Counted from the stretch's first letter, positions 40,760 through 56,959 are shown. The stretch: DNA of 64,000 nt from Chrysomallon squamiferum (GCA_012295275.1 CM022677.1:17670001-17734000), one strand, 5' to 3'. A program made the numbers and translations. Notes: generated from the letters alone by a model not told the origin.

Positions 40760-40812
<53 letters not shown>

Positions 40813-41709
40813 TATCTGTCTCTCTCATATACACTCTCTCACATACACATTCTTGTTATAAACATCAGACATTCCATTTCCTAGTTATCAATCAGTGCAT
40901 CCATCAATCCATCCATCCATCAATCTGTTCATCCATTTTTCACAGGTCTGTCAATCGACACAACCATCCATTTTTCTGTGTTCTTTAATGCCATACCTAT
41001 TCTTTATTTATCAGTTGTCCCTTAACCAGTTCTTCTTTTAACAGTTGTAATACAGTTTATGTTTCTATCCATTTATTCATACATTCCACCAAATAACAGC
41101 ACCCATTACTAAATCATTATTAAATTTTTTAATGTTGATTTGGTTTACACCTCCATAAATGTCTGTCTCGTCATTCATCTTTCATTCATTCTTTTATTTC
41201 TCCTTCTTACATGCACAGTCTGAAAATAGCTTGTGCAAGAAGTGAACATCTGAAACAGACTTCTAATTTGTTCGTTGTTTTCAGAGTGAGAGAAATGAAA
41301 ACACAACAGAGAGATAACACAGTCTGCATGATAAATTTGTGTATTTAGTGGATAACGGTGAAAATAATGGCTAGAGAGTTATTATTACAGATAATACACA
41401 TCGTGTAGGTTATAGTTCATGCAACATTTCCACTGACACAGTTGCAAGAGAGGAATCTGCAAACAGTCTGTGTGCAGGAGGAAACAGAGACAGAAACTGC
41501 AGTAAAACAAGACTGGGGGAAAAGACAAGAATTCTTTTTAATTGTTAGATATTTCTCTTGGGCTGTGGTGAAATATTTAAAAAGTGACGTTTGTGTATGT
41601 GGAGGAGTGTCTTACAGAGTGAGTGTGGATGTGTTTGTGTTTGTGTTTGTGTGTGTGTGTCTTTTTAGATGGGTGTATATTTTATGTAGGCCTTTGTGTG
41701 TTTGGGAAA

Positions 41710-41757
<48 letters not shown>

Positions 41758-44700
41758 GTCTTTTTAGATGGGTATATATTGTATGTAGGCCTTTGTGTGT
41801 TTGGGAAAGTGTGTGTGTGTGCGAGTGTGTGCCATAATTGTTTTGTGTTGTTTACATGTGTGTTTATGAAGGTATTTGGATGTATATGCTGTGTGAGTTT
41901 GTCTGTGTTGATGTGTGTGTGTGTGTGTGTATGTGAATGTACATAATAGACACAGGCAATGAAAAAAAGAGATGAAAGACAGCAGAAATGTTTTGAATAC
42001 TGGATGTGTTTGTGCTTGTTTGTGTGTGTGTGTGTGTGTGTGTGTGACAGAACGTTTCTGTCTGTTAGTATGTATAATAGAATCAAGATTATTAAAAAAA
42101 AATAATACAACATTTTTAAAACAGTAGAATTCATTAGAATACTGGCATAACTCATTTACTAGAAAGTTAATGGAAATATTTCTGTTTTTTTTTTTTATTT
42201 TTATGAATTCATGAATGTCAGTAAGTAAACAGATGTTAGATATCCTATTCAGGTATTTTATTATTATTAAAAACTCTATTAATTCTAAAAAAAAAAAAAA
42301 GCTAAATTTTAGAAAACCCTCTTGTCGTTTCAGAGATATCTAAATATAGATAAATCTGTGCTGCTCACAATAAATATTGGAAGTCGCTGATAAACAGACA
42401 GGGAACACAAGTGGAGAGTGAGATAAGGGGAGATAATAGTTTTTTTATTTATGATGTTTGTATCGGGTGAGATGCTGTTTATCTCATGTTGGTCATGTTG
42501 TTAGGTGTAAGAACCTGTCTGGTTCAGATTGTTTCGCTAAGTGGTTTCTGGTTGGGAAAACATAGCGTAAATGTGTCAGTGAATATTTCTAACCTTGGTC
42601 TTACTTCAGCCATTTTTAGTAAACGAATAGATAAATGTATTTAAATGTTTTTATTATATCAGCTGTTTCTTGAGAATTTCAAAAACAAACAAGTAATATT
42701 ATAGTCACAAATAAGTTTGAAAAAAAAAAAAAAATTTTTGGTGATTTCTTGTGGATGCTGTTTTTGATCAGCAGAAAGGGAGTTCTGTGAATGCCAACCC
42801 ATAGACAGAATGTCTTTTGATAAATTAGAAAACCTGTTGCCATTCTTTCAGAAGCCAGAAATGAATCTTTTATTATTTGCCTTATTATAATCAGGATATC
42901 ATTTGATTATAAGTTCTGGCTAGAATGGTTTTAAAAATTAATATTTTCAGTAATTGTAATGATTAGGAGGATGGATCCAAGGAGATCAGAATATTTTACG
43001 ACATTAAAATTATTATAATCTTGATACAGCTGATGAATTAAAATGGATGGATGGATGAATGGATAAAATGACTGAAGAACTGGGAAGTTTGTATGTGTGT
43101 GTGTGTTTGTGAATGCATGAGAGAGAGAGAGGGGGCTAAGCAATATTCATTCTGCAAATTTTCACCAGATGATCTTACTTCTTTTCTTGTGATGGTGAAC
43201 CTGCAAACAAATATGATGTCGTCATTTCAGAGAATCTGGACAGGTAATCAAGCTTAATAATCTTAAACAGGTTGTTTAGCAAGTGAGGAAATTCACATGA
43301 CTCCTCTTCCCTTGGGAAAAGTCTCCTTGCAAATACTTTGGTCTTGGAGTTAAGGTAATTGCATAAGAAAGTTGGTTAGTGCTGGAACGTTTAGGAATGT
43401 GTGGAATTGTACGACTGACAGATTATTATGTGAAAACAACATTTCTACACTAAACATTGTTTTCAAAATAGAAATCATTTCCACTCAAGTAAATTAACAT
43501 ATTTTAGATTAAGAGCAGATAATGAATAACAAATGTTGTTCTGTTAACAAATGCTACGGTACATTTTGTTATTTTTGAAGAGAATAATGACGACTAACCT
43601 TTACTAATAATTAATGATGCCGCGATGATAAGCCTTTGCAGAAGCATTGTAATTGATTGCCATGTTTCCAGCCTGTTTCTGTTCTTCTAAGTGATTCAAT
43701 TTGTTATCAATAATGCAATAAGGATTAATAAAACTTTGTATTAGAAAGATTAATGAATTTTTTTTAAAACAGATAACACAAACAACTTAGCTAAACATTT
43801 TTGAGGAAGAATGATGAAACTATTTTTTTTAATTATTATTATGTTGATTATTTAATTACTAATTGATAATTTATAGATAAACATCTATCTATATATCTAT
43901 CTATCTAGCTGTCTGTCTGTCTTTCTGTCTCTTGTCTTAGAATCAGCTTTCTAAACCTGATCCAATAATCTATAATCTAATGAAAACAACAACTATAACA
44001 GCAATAACAATAATTATAATAAACATTGTAAACAGAAAACAAATTTAATGAAGGATAAAACAATATTTAAAAAATAATTCATACTTAATAAACTTGTTTT
44101 CCAGACTTGTTTTTCAGACGTTATTTTCTCCCTGTTTTCTTAAAGGGCGAATAAAATTGATATGCGAGGCCATTCATCATTTTAATTGAGTTGTTTCCCT
44201 TTCATTGGACTCTTTTCTTTTCTTTTTTTTTTTTTTTTCTTTTGCTAGGGACTGCTGGACTAAGCAACCTAAGATTAGCAGCAGACACTTTGAGTCATCC
44301 ACAGAAGTAGTATCAGTAAATTACCAAATCTGTTCCATTCCTCTATTTCCTGTTATGATCTCACACATCAATTTTATTTTAACTTGCTTCTCAGTGATTT
44401 TTATCTCTTGCTGAAAATTAGTGGTGGAATTTCTGAGAGTTGTGAAGTGTATAATTGTTATTTCTTTCAGAAGAATGTGTTAATATTTTTTTCTATCTGC
44501 AGGATAGAAGTGGAATTGTCTATTTGTTTTATAAACTGTACATTTTTTTGGGAACAATTTGATGAATATTTTTTTCTCTCTCTCAGCCAATATTAACGGA
44601 ATTATGGGGAAGTTTGTTATAAATTATAATTGTTTCTGAGCATTGTGTGAATTATTGTCTATTTCTGCCAAATAATAATGGAATTGTACAATAACGCTGT

Positions 44701-47290
44701 ATTATAAATAATAATTTTTCTGAATCTTTTCTCTCTTTCTCTCTGTGGGCCAAATTATAATGAAATTGTTCTAATGTGTTATGAAAATGTAAGTTTTTCT
44801 AAAGAATTTGATGTACACCTTCCTTCAGTAATGGATTATTGGAAATTATTAATTGAAGGAATATAATCATAGTTTTCTTTTGGAAAATCATGGAATTATG
44901 GAATTGTAATTTCTGAAGATTAAGTGTAAAGACATTTTCCTGTGCTAAATGATAATGGATATGTGTAATTTAGCTGAAAGAATATATTTTCCTTATGGAA
45001 AGAGAGAAACATATTTATAAACATCCAGCAATTGTTTCCTTCTTTCTGTCAAAATAAGAAAGGATATGAAATTTTCTCATGAAGAAAAAAGTATTCCTTT
45101 GAAATTGTTCAATATTTTTATTATCATTCTACACAAAAAAAATAATGTTTGTTATGAATGATGAATGAATGAGTGAAATGTTTTTAATGTTTTATTTGGA
45201 CAAACAGGTAAATATTTTTCTCTTTGCCAAACTGTTAAACATAATTTGATGTTGAAAAAAAGAAAAAGGTTTTTTTTTTTTTTTTTTTTTCCATGTGTTA
45301 AGTGTTTTCCATTACTGCTAAATACCAGTGTTTTGAGAATATTATTTACAGTTCGCAAGCTGTTAGCACCTCATCTGGATTGAATTATAAACCGAGTTAA
45401 TTACTTTATGTAATTGGTAATTTTTGGGTGCTTTGATATAATTTGTTGTGTCTGGCCTAGATTTACTTACACCTGCAAGTTATTGTTAATAGTTGTGGTT
45501 TTTCAGAAATTAATAACTGTTAAGTATTTGTTAAGTACTACTTAGAAATAGTCTTTATGGAGAAGTAAAATAAGTTATTTATGTAACTAAACCATTTTAT
45601 CAAGAGGGGATAGATTATAAGCAGTTATCTTCATGATATGCACACATACAAATGCAGGCACACACATGCACACACACACACATACACTATATATATAATC
45701 ACATGTACATACATATACTCATATAAAAACACATATATACACACACTGGAGATCTATTTATGAAATAAGCAGTTAAATATTTACAATTCAGATTGAATAT
45801 CAATATATTACTAAAATATTATGTAAATACTTTCAACTTAGTATTTTGATAATCATCTTTTTTGTAATTAACAGTATTCCTGATACCAGGAATGTAGACT
45901 CAACACTATTGAGCAACTAAGTAACGCAGTTAGTTATTTACTAAACTAGCATGCTAACCGAAATTAGTCAATGAGGCATTCAGCAAATTGTGTGAGTCAG
46001 AGTTATTTTTAGAACGTGTGTCACTTTAAGAGAGTGACAGATCACACACAGCATCAGTGATTTCATCAAGTAATTGTCTCTTTTCACAGTGATTTCATCA
46101 AGTAATTGTCATTACAACTTTGATATGATAGAATATTTACATCCTGGCTATTTGCCCATACAGCCTCTTTGTGGTACCTTACTCCAGTCTATATACTGTA
46201 ATATATATTGGATTGGACAAAAGTTTGTAACTTTTTTTCTGTAGGTTGTGGTTGAGTCAATGATTATGTTTCAAATATGATTAAATATGTAATGCACACA
46301 TGCATAATACATACATATATACATATATACATATATTTTTTGTAACTGGTTATTATTTTTTTAATATATTTTTTTTTAATAAACATTTTTCATTTGTTTA
46401 CATAAATAATTATTTTATGTATTTATCTGTTTTTATTATTTTATTTTTTTATTATTATTATTATTATCATTATTATTATTATTATTAAACCAAATCTGCT
46501 CTATAATTAAAAACTGGTGTTTATATGTGAGATATTGATTGTTTTTAATTAGTACACCATTAAAAATACAGTTTAGTTAAAAACTATCTAAATATTTCAT
46601 AACAGCTAAAATAAAATCAAGGAAGTACTTAAGAAAAATAATTTCTGGGAAAGTGCCATAAACAAAATGTACATCATTAGGCCTATAGAATATTGCTGGA
46701 AGTAAATGTTGCTTTAAGAATTCAAAATTTTTGCAGTTCTGTAATAAAATCTGTTAAATTATTTATGGTAAAAAAATAAAAAAATAAATAAAAATAATAA
46801 TTTATTTGCTTTTTTGACAAGTTTAAATTTCTTTCTTGTAAATTTAAGAACATTTTAAATACAGTTATAAAATGGGGAAAATAAAATAAATGGTAATAAA
46901 TTTAATGAATAAGTAAGGAATTAAATTTGTTATTAAATTTTACTTGTTTCCCATTATTAGCTATACATATTATTTTTTTATTACACTATATAAGACAGGG
47001 ATGCACATACCACATACTTTAGTAGAGCTGGACATGGAACACAGGAGTAACTGCTAGATTTTTCAGTTCTGAGTTATCTTATCAACCTTGCAGTAAACTT
47101 CATTGGAATCCTGACAAAGACATTCTTCTGTCACTGTTTGGTATATATCATTTAGAGCTAATAGTGTAGCAAGATTGCATCTGTAATCACTGACATAGGG
47201 AACTAGTCTGGAGTCTTACTGATTCTAGTGATGGTAGAACTAAAGTTCCAGTTTACCTTCTTTAGTGTGTTTGTAGTCTCATTGCTTCTG

Positions 47291-47930
47291 GTAGTAAAAT
47301 TGTAAACTGGAGCTTTAATTGAAGATAGTAAGATCAGCACCAAGTAGGGAAGTAATACCTCCTACTGCCTCTAGTAGTGATAGTAGTAAAATTGTAAACT
47401 GGAGCTATAACTGAAGACAGTAAGATCAGCACCAAGTAGGGAAGTAATACCTCCTACTGCCTCTAGTAGTGATAGTAGTAAAATTGTAAACTGGAGCTAT
47501 AACTGAAGACAGTAAGATCAGCACCAAGTAGGGAAGTAATACCTCCTACTGCCTCTAGTAGTGATAGTAGTAAAATTGTAAACTGGAGCTATAACTGAAG
47601 ACAGTAAGATCAGCACCAAGTAGGGAAGTAATACCTCCTACTACCTCTAGTAGTGATAGTAGTAAAATTGTAAACTGGAGCTATAACTGAAGACAGTAAG
47701 ATCTGCATCAAGTAGGGAAGTAATACCTCCTACTGCCTCTAGTAGTGATAGTAGTAAAATTGTAAACTGGAGCTAAAACTGAAGACAGTAAGATCTGCTT
47801 CAAGTAGGGAAGTAATACCTCCTACTGCCTTTAGTAGTGATAGTAGTAAAATTGTAAACTGGAGCTAAAACTGAAGACAGTAAGATCAGCATCAAGTAGG
47901 GAAGTAATACCTCCTACTGCCTCTAGTAGT
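47291..47930. repeat. Minisatellite, 92-bp unit x7
   Basis: GTAGTAAAATTGTAAACTGGAGCTATAACTGAAGACAGTAAGATCAGCACCAAGTAGGGAAGTAATACCTCCTACTGCCTCTAGTAGTGATA repeated with exact 92-bp period. Confidence 0.97.
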
Positions 47931-49213
47931 CTTGAATTACTCTTTTTAGTTGTGGTAGACTTACTTTACTGCCTCTTGTGATGGTATTACTTCTTCAGTT
48001 GTCTTGAATTAAAGCTTCAGTTTGCACTTTAGCTGTCTTTAGTGATTGCTTTACTGCTCAGAATTACTGCTGTAATCTTCAGTGTTAGTTTATTACTCTG
48101 TCTCTAGTGATAGTTTTAATCTGGGACATACCTGAACCAGTCATAGGCTGTTATTATTATTATTGTGAACAGAAAATAAAATGGTTTAAGGTTAGAAATT
48201 AGCATAATATTTGACATATATTTCAGTAAGAATAACAAACCTTGTTTGCATACAAACAACAGTAAAATGAGTAAATATAAGTTAAAAATATCAGATACAA
48301 CGAAACCAATAACTTTTCAAACCTGTAAGAAGAACAAACTTAGTTTACATGCAGTCAGTAGCAAAGTCCAATCACATGATATGAACTGATCATGTTTTCA
48401 CATTCATCGTTACTTGTGAAAAGAAAATTTCTTGAAAATTGCTAGATTTTTGTAATAAACCACTAAACAAATCCTAAATGTAAATTTATAGCATTTATAT
48501 TTGCTGCAACAAAATTAACAGTGAATATAAACCTGGTTGCCAAGGCATGGGTCAGAATTGCCTAATTAGTACAACTTGTTTCTGTGCCAGAAGTAAGAAC
48601 TGAATCACCGTGTTGAGATATTGAAATATTTCCAAATTCCCACTGACTTGTTAAAGTCTCAGCACACGTCACAGATCAGAGTTGATTGGGGCTGACAGGA
48701 AAGCATTGGAAAACTGCACCAGTTGCCAGAAGTAGTTTCTGTCTGTCTGTTCAGGAATGTTTGTTTTGTTGTCTGAAACGGATTTACGGCTTGTTCTGAC
48801 TTGTCACTGATGTTGTGTGTTTTTTTGGGGTTGTTTTTTTTCGATGCCATTTCAATCTGAGAATTTGTTTTTTTTATTATGAGCAGAAGTTAGGTTTTTT
48901 TTTGTTGTCTATTTGTGTTTGTTTGTGTGTTTGTGTGTGTGAGTTTCCATGTGAGTTTTTTCTATATGTGTTTTTTTGTGTATGTGTGTGTTTGTGTGTG
49001 TGTGTGAGTGTGTCAGAGTTTGCATGTGAGTGTGAGAGTGTGTGTGGGTTGCAAGTGGGGGCGTGTGTGTGTGTATATATAGGAATGTACATGAGTTTAT
49101 GTGAGAGAAAGATCGTGTGAGTGTGTTATGTCATTGGCATAGGTATGTGTGTGTGTGTGTGTGTGTGTGTTTTAGATTTGTGTTTATGGCTGGAATGTGA
49201 ATATGAAAATGAG

Positions 49214-49267
<54 letters not shown>

Positions 49268-50006
49268 GTGTATTGCAAGCTTTCCAAATATCCTTTATTA
49301 TGCCCTGGGAATATTATTATTATTATTATTTACTTATTATTATTTATTATTATTGTTGTTGTTATTATTACTTTATTTTATATATATATATTGTTCTAAA
49401 AATAACTCTGACCCAGACCCACACACATACACTCAACATGTGTGTCTGTGTGTCATAACCATATAACTGTTTTGATTATACAGCTGAAATGAAAAAGAAA
49501 ATGAAAGAAAGAATTTTCTTTCTTCTTTGCTTTTGTTAAAAAAACCTGATAAGTATAAGGAGTAAAAAAAGAAAAAGAAAAAGAGTGAAAAATATTACTT
49601 TCTCTTCTTTCAAAGAATGCTTTACATCAACAATACTCTCATATTCTGGTATTTTTGTTATTACTGCTCTCACTTCTTATATACAGTCATACATCCTTTA
49701 GAGTGCTATGAGCTAAACCTCTTCACATGTTAGAGGCATATTACACAGGCACATCACAGAACACTCTTTTCAAACATGCAGTATATATTGTATTACATAG
49801 GCATTTCAAAGTAATAGGTACTTTCTAGGTTTCACTGACATTTTTCAAATAATATAGATTCTTTTCATGTGTCGTTTATAGATTACAGTTTCAGCTTCTT
49901 TTAAACAGATCATCTAAAATATCAAAGCTGCATGTAAATCATTGCAAGCTTTCCAAATATCCTTTATTATACTCTATGAATTAATAGCTTTTAGATTGAC
50001 AGAGTG

Positions 50007-50039
<33 letters not shown>

Positions 50040-50361
50040 GTTATTGTTACTGTTATTATTATTATTATTATTATTTACTTATTATTTATTATTTGTTGTT
50101 ATTATTATTATTTTATATTTTTATTATAATTTATTTTTATTTATTTAAAATATAATTATTTATTATTTTTTACTATAATTTATTTTTAGTTATTATAATT
50201 ATTATTATAATTATTATTTTTTATTATAATTTATTTTTAGTTATAATTATTATTATAATTATTTATTATTTATTATTATTGTAATATTATTTATTAATTA
50301 TTTATTGTTATTATTATTTATAGTTTTTATTATAATTATTTATTATTTATTAATGTTATTA

Positions 50362-50396
<35 letters not shown>

Positions 50397-51383
50397 AGTA
50401 TTATATACAGTTTCTTCACAGAGAGTACTCATTTCCTTATGGCTTCACACACACACACACACACACTTATGTATACAAGTTTCAGGTGTTGGCAGTTCTT
50501 TGGTATACACCCTCCAGCAACTCAATTAACTTTTATGACCAGATAAAAGGAAAGAAGAATATCAGATTTCAAACAAAAAATATGAGATACTTAGAATTAT
50601 AATCTCACAGATGAAATATTAACATATTTCTTAAAGCCTGGTTAGAAATCTCATGTCATTAATTGGTCTGAAGTATCCAGTCAACACATTCCAGAAATTA
50701 TCAATGATTATTTTGCTGTTAGTGTTATTACTGTTGTTGTTTGATGTCATTGATGTTGATGTTACTATTTTTCTAATTCTTCCTCTTCAATAATTTGATT
50801 TCTTCATTTAAAAATTAATATTTCAGTTTAGGTTAAAAAATTATAATAAAAGAAAGGAAAGTAGTATATATTACAGCTCTTGTTTCTCAGTTACAAAAAA
50901 CATCGTCTAATAAAGAAGAAAACAAATATTGTTTTTTTGATAATCATTTTAGACAACATCAGCCATAAATAATTCAGCTGCAACATGAAGGAAATAACTT
51001 CTTTTAAATCTCTTTTTATATTAATTTTCAGTTAACATTGATATATAAGTTTTTATTATTTTTATTATAAATATCATTGTTTTGTTGTTGTTATTACAAA
51101 TTATTATTATTATTATTAATATTACTGTTATTGTTATTGTTATTGTTATTGTTACTGTTATTGTTATTATTATTACATTAATATTAATATTATTAATAAT
51201 ATTAATATTTATTATTATTATTGTTATTGTCATAATTATTATTATTAATATTATTATTATTACTACTACCACTAATAATAATAACATAAATAATGACAAC
51301 AGCATAAACAACAACAGTTATAATGATAGTTAATAATAATAAAATAGCTGAAATAAAAGCTGTAATAAATAATAACAACAACA

Positions 51384-51414
<31 letters not shown>

Positions 51415-52042
51415 CAACACCAACACTAACAACAACAACAACAACAAATAATACTGGTATTGATGCTGCTAATACTGACAGACACTGTACTGCACAGTGT
51501 GTGTTTCCTTGTAACTGGTCAAAGTGACCTTTCTTGTAAACACAAAAAAGATCAATTCAGTCATGTTAGTACAGAAACCTGAGAACTGTGTTTTTTTAAA
51601 AACTCATTTAGTCTTAGACACTTCAACAAATAGACCAACTTCTTGTTCACTTTCTGCTTTGAAAAATCAATTACGTCTATGATACATTAGCTGTAGAAAG
51701 AGCAGACATTTTCTAGTCTAATCCAGCCTTATATTTTATTCACCAAAATGTGTGTTATTTAGTTATTTGTCATTATTTTATTTATTATTAGTATTTAGGA
51801 TTAGATTTATTATTTGCAATCTGTTATACACACATATCTGTGATCAGTAAGGTAAATTTCTTGACAATCTTTTATTTTATTTTAAAGCATGTTAGTAAGC
51901 AATGAGTAAGTAATTTATCATATATGACTGTTGTTTTTGTAGTAGTGTTAGTATGTTGCTGCAGCATCAACAACAATAATGGTATATTTTAGTTTTGCTG
52001 AAGAATATTAACAACAGTAATAATAAAATCAGAATGAAACAG

Positions 52043-52088
<46 letters not shown>

Positions 52089-53070
52089 TAGTTTTTCTGG
52101 ATAGTATATTGTTTAAGAAATAAATATATTTTTGGATATTACAATAATCAATACACAGCTTATAAGTTTTACAGATTATGAAATAATTTATTAATACAGC
52201 TATAACATAAAAGTAGTTACAAAAAACAATTTCCCTATTGTAACATTTGTTCAGAAACAACATTTATTTATTCTGTATTGTTTTATATTCCTTTTGTTTT
52301 AATGTTATTAAAAATTAACTGATGTCGTTAGGGAAATTTTATATAGTGTGCATTTAATGAGATGCTGATAAATAAATAAATTTATAAACGACCAAAGGAG
52401 TGTGGATTGGAAAATGTAGAATTTTTGAATCAATATATTAAACAGAACACACAAACACACACAAATGAGAATTTCAAAATCACGTTTTTAACATTACTAT
52501 TACTACTGCTACTGCTACTACTACTACTACTACTACTACTACTGCTGCTGCTGCTACTGCTGCTACTACTGCTGCTACTACTGCTACTACTACTACTACT
52601 ACTACAGCTGTTGCTAACATTAATATTTTGATGTTTTGGTACATTGATTTAAAAGTTTTTTTGGAATTATTCTTTATTGCAAGTGGCTATTAATGCTAAT
52701 TCTTAATATTTTCAGAGCACAATTACCTAATGTGATTTTTCTGTGAAATATTATACCATTCACATTTTATCCTGATGAAAAAAGCATGGTTTAATGATAT
52801 AGGAAAGTGACTTTTTTAGAGATAATTTGATAAGACAAGATATTCATCTAATAAGTTAAGTTGGTTATGTCCACATTGAAATATGATAACTTGTTAAACT
52901 GATTGCTTCTTCTTGGGATTTGTTTTTCTTTTCATCTTTTTTCCTTTTTTTTGTTTGAATTTTATCTTATTGGTTTTCAGACTTTTTTCATCCATAATAA
53001 GCTGCAATCTTGGAAACCATTGATCGGTTCTGGATATTATTGTTATTGTTGCTATTTTATATTTTTTGGC

Positions 53071-53144
<74 letters not shown>

Positions 53145-53509
53145 TATTGTTGTTGTTGTTGTTATTATTTTATATTTTTAATTATAATTATTGTGTATTT
53201 ATTATTGTTATTATTGTTACTATTATTATTTTTATTATTATTATTACCATCATCATCATCATCATCATTAATAGTATTTTTGAATTACAATTATTTTATT
53301 GCTACTGATGGTGTTGTTTATTAGGCTATTATTTTATTATTGTTGTTGCTGTTGATGTTGGTAATGGTGAAATATTTTCATACTTATGTGGTATTTGTTC
53401 AGAGTTTTTGTTTTAGTGGTAAGGACAAACATGCTATTAACTGTTATTATTTTTTATTATAACAGATGATTGTCTTCTTCTTCTTCTTATTTTTGTTATT
53501 ATTAGTTTT

Positions 53510-53792
<283 letters not shown>

Positions 53793-55123
53793 AACACTGC
53801 CTGGTACTTGCTAATTCTTTTTATTATTATTAGCAAAAGTGATCACAGATCAGAATAAGTTCATCCTCTTAAGTGTGAATTCCATGACAGAATTACTTAA
53901 CTGGGCATGTAAATATTTCTAAAATCCAGATAATGATTTTTTTGTAATTAAACTTACAAGAATATCTGAGAATGTGTACTAGGTTGAGACTAGACTCTGG
54001 TTTTCAACTAGAAATGTTTTCTTACTTACTATTATTTGTTTAGTGTCTTAGTGTCAGGATAAATTAGTGTTTTTTCGGTGTTTTTTTTTGCTGGGCTCCA
54101 TAAAAGCCACACAAAACTAGTTACAGGTTTGTAATAATGGTAGACATTTCTTACAGGTAGGGATGAAATATCAAGTTTAAAACTTACTTCTTTTAATAAT
54201 GTCTTATACATTTTCCTTTAAAAGACATTTCAAAAATGAGTTGTAGTTATATATTTTGTTTCTTCAGTTGTAATTTTAATTTAAATTTGTTTCTACGTAT
54301 CTTCTTATTTCTGTTTCTTTCTATATTTCTCTAACTGATCTCAGTTTCTTAATATTTTTCTCATTTATTTATTTACTTATTTACTACTTTACTTTATTAT
54401 TTATCTATTTATTTATTTGTTTATTTATTACTTTACTTTATTATTTATATATTTATTTATTTGCTTATTTAAATAATATTTATTTTCTGATTATTTTTTC
54501 AACCATTTTTGTTTTTCAACTATAAACTAGTTTAATAACATGTTATACCCCACATTTCCTATACATTACCAGGTCAAGTCTGTGGATTGATTGCCAGACT
54601 GATTTCTGATACAAACTGTTTTCCAGTCAGTGAAAAAAAACCACTTGTTAGTTACTGATCTAGATAAAGCATGTATCTACACACACCTAGTCAGTCAGAT
54701 GTTGCTGATATTGGCCAGTGTTGTTCATGTAATAAAATGTTTTTAACCACAGAACTTTATTATTCTTCTGACTATTGTTTTTGTACATTGGATGTAGCCT
54801 TTATAGGTATATTTTACTACCTTGGGGCTTAAATTAGTCTGAGTATAGAAATTTATATAATAGCCTTGTTTATTTATTTTAATTAGGTGTAAAAGGATAG
54901 AAAAAGGTTTAAATTACAGGGAGAAGGAAATGCATGTAGATTTATATGTTGAGTAAGGTAATATAGAAATTTGTTTTAAACCAAAAACAAAAAAAAAAAT
55001 AAAAAAAATAAATAAATAAATAACTGTAAATTGTGTGGTGGGGGGTTTGTTTTTTTTAAATGAAAAAATATTTTGATTATAGAGTGTTTGAGGATTGTGC
55101 CTGCTTCCAATCAAATAAATAAG

Positions 55124-55158
<35 letters not shown>

Positions 55159-56959
55159 GTAAAATAACTGTAAATTGTGGAGTTTTTGTTGTTGTTTTTT
55201 TAAATGAAAAAATATTTTAATTACAGATTGAGGATTGTGCCTGCTTCCAACCATGTAGTGTTATAAATTATGTATTTATTTCATTGATTTAGATCATAAT
55301 AATACTTTTTTCCCAGTAATAATTTATCAGTATTGCATTGAATTCATTTTATTTTATTTGTTCCTTTAAAGATTCATTGTAATGGAGCAGTTGTTAATTT
55401 TAAGAATTTAAAATAGATAACTACTTATTAAATATTAATAAATTTATGAAATCTTAGAATCAGTTTTTTTTGCAGTGACAGTTTAAGTATTTCAGGACAA
55501 TGATGTAGTTATTTCCAAGTGATGGCTTAGTGTTTTTGAACTGGCTGTTATTTTTACCATTCATTTTCTTCTGTATTTAGAATATAGCTGTATTTTATTC
55601 TGGAAACTCTATATTAATCTCAACATTTTCAACTGCTGATAGCTGAGTTAATAATTTCACAATATTTTAATGTCTCAGATATTTGATCCCAGTAAACTGT
55701 TAAATTCAGATGTTTTTAAATATCCCAAATTAAACAGGATGTTCATTGCACAGACACTGTTGACCCTCAATTTCATGGACCTCAGTTTTGGGGATTTCAG
55801 GACCTAATCTGAGGGGAAAAAAATTAATTAATAAATTGAACTTACTGACATTTCTCACTTGAAAACTTACCTGTTGGAACTATCAAATTATTTAAGTTCC
55901 ATTACATGATCCACTTTCCATCACGATTAGAGTAAATTTTATAACCATCCTAACCTAATAAATTTCACCCAGTCTACCCTTATTAGACTGAATGACTTTT
56001 TTTTTGTGTGTGTGTGTGTATATTGTTCTTATATTATTATGTTAAACTATTATATAGTTCATTTGTGTATTAAAGTAAAGTTTAATGTTTCAGTAACTTT
56101 TGAGGTTAATGTTTACATTTGCAATTTTGCAGATTTTTCCATTTCCTGGACTAGTGCCCATTAGGGGGTCTATTAGTCTTTGAAATCAAGGGGTCAGCAG
56201 TAACAATCTCACAGTATTGTTGTTTCTGAACATTGGTGTGCATGTATTTCAGTGACTGTTTGACTGGGTTATTTAGAACTCTGTCAATTAAATCAGTTGT
56301 TTCAGGTACCAGAACATTTATTTCTTAACTTTCTGAACACTGAGATATATATATATATATATATTCTTAAATTTCTGAACGCTGATGTATGTACTCTAGT
56401 AACTGGTTTGAGTAATGTATTTAGAACATGGTTACATTTGTTTCAGCAACTGTTGACATCAAGAGTTTCAAACCACTGATTGATTTGCTGCAGAAGTGAT
56501 GTTTTTTTTTTCTGAACACTGTCGTTGTACATTGGTGATTTACATACACCAGTGACTGATGTATTTGTGAACTGAATGATGAAACTATTAAATAATTCAA
56601 AAAAAAAAAAAAACAACCCAAAAACGTCATGGATTATTGTGCCAATAACTGTTTTCCAATTTTCCAATAATTTGAACAGTTACAGCAGCATGGAGCTGTC
56701 CTTCTCCTCCTTCTTCTTCTTCTCCTGGTCTCACCAACATGGCTAGTAAGTCAGACTGTGTGTTTCTCCCATATTGATTTTTCACCAACAACAACTCACA
56801 GCATAGGACGGCCTGAATTTTATACTGCATCCTCACTGTTTTATAATGTAACCGCCAAGAAAAACTGCAAAGCTTTATGAAAAATTATGAATGTACATAT
56901 GTTAACTTCACTATGGCAGAAACTGGACGGCCTCTGACCTTTCACCCCTGACCTCCAAT

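Noticed and set aside
41281-41530. Purine-rich stretch after a tttcag (ORF 41442-41837)
   Set aside because: No good donor, no similarity to the expected MCC coiled-coil exon, and it runs into (GT)n.
47291-47930. CRISPR-like array (also considered for 29262-29858 and 32097-32582)
   Set aside because: Head-to-tail units without unique spacers, no cas genes, eukaryotic intron context.
56739-56751. ccaacATGGCTA|gtaagt micro first exon
   Set aside because: The donor is phase 1, incompatible with the phase-0 junction expected downstream; at most a UTR splice.
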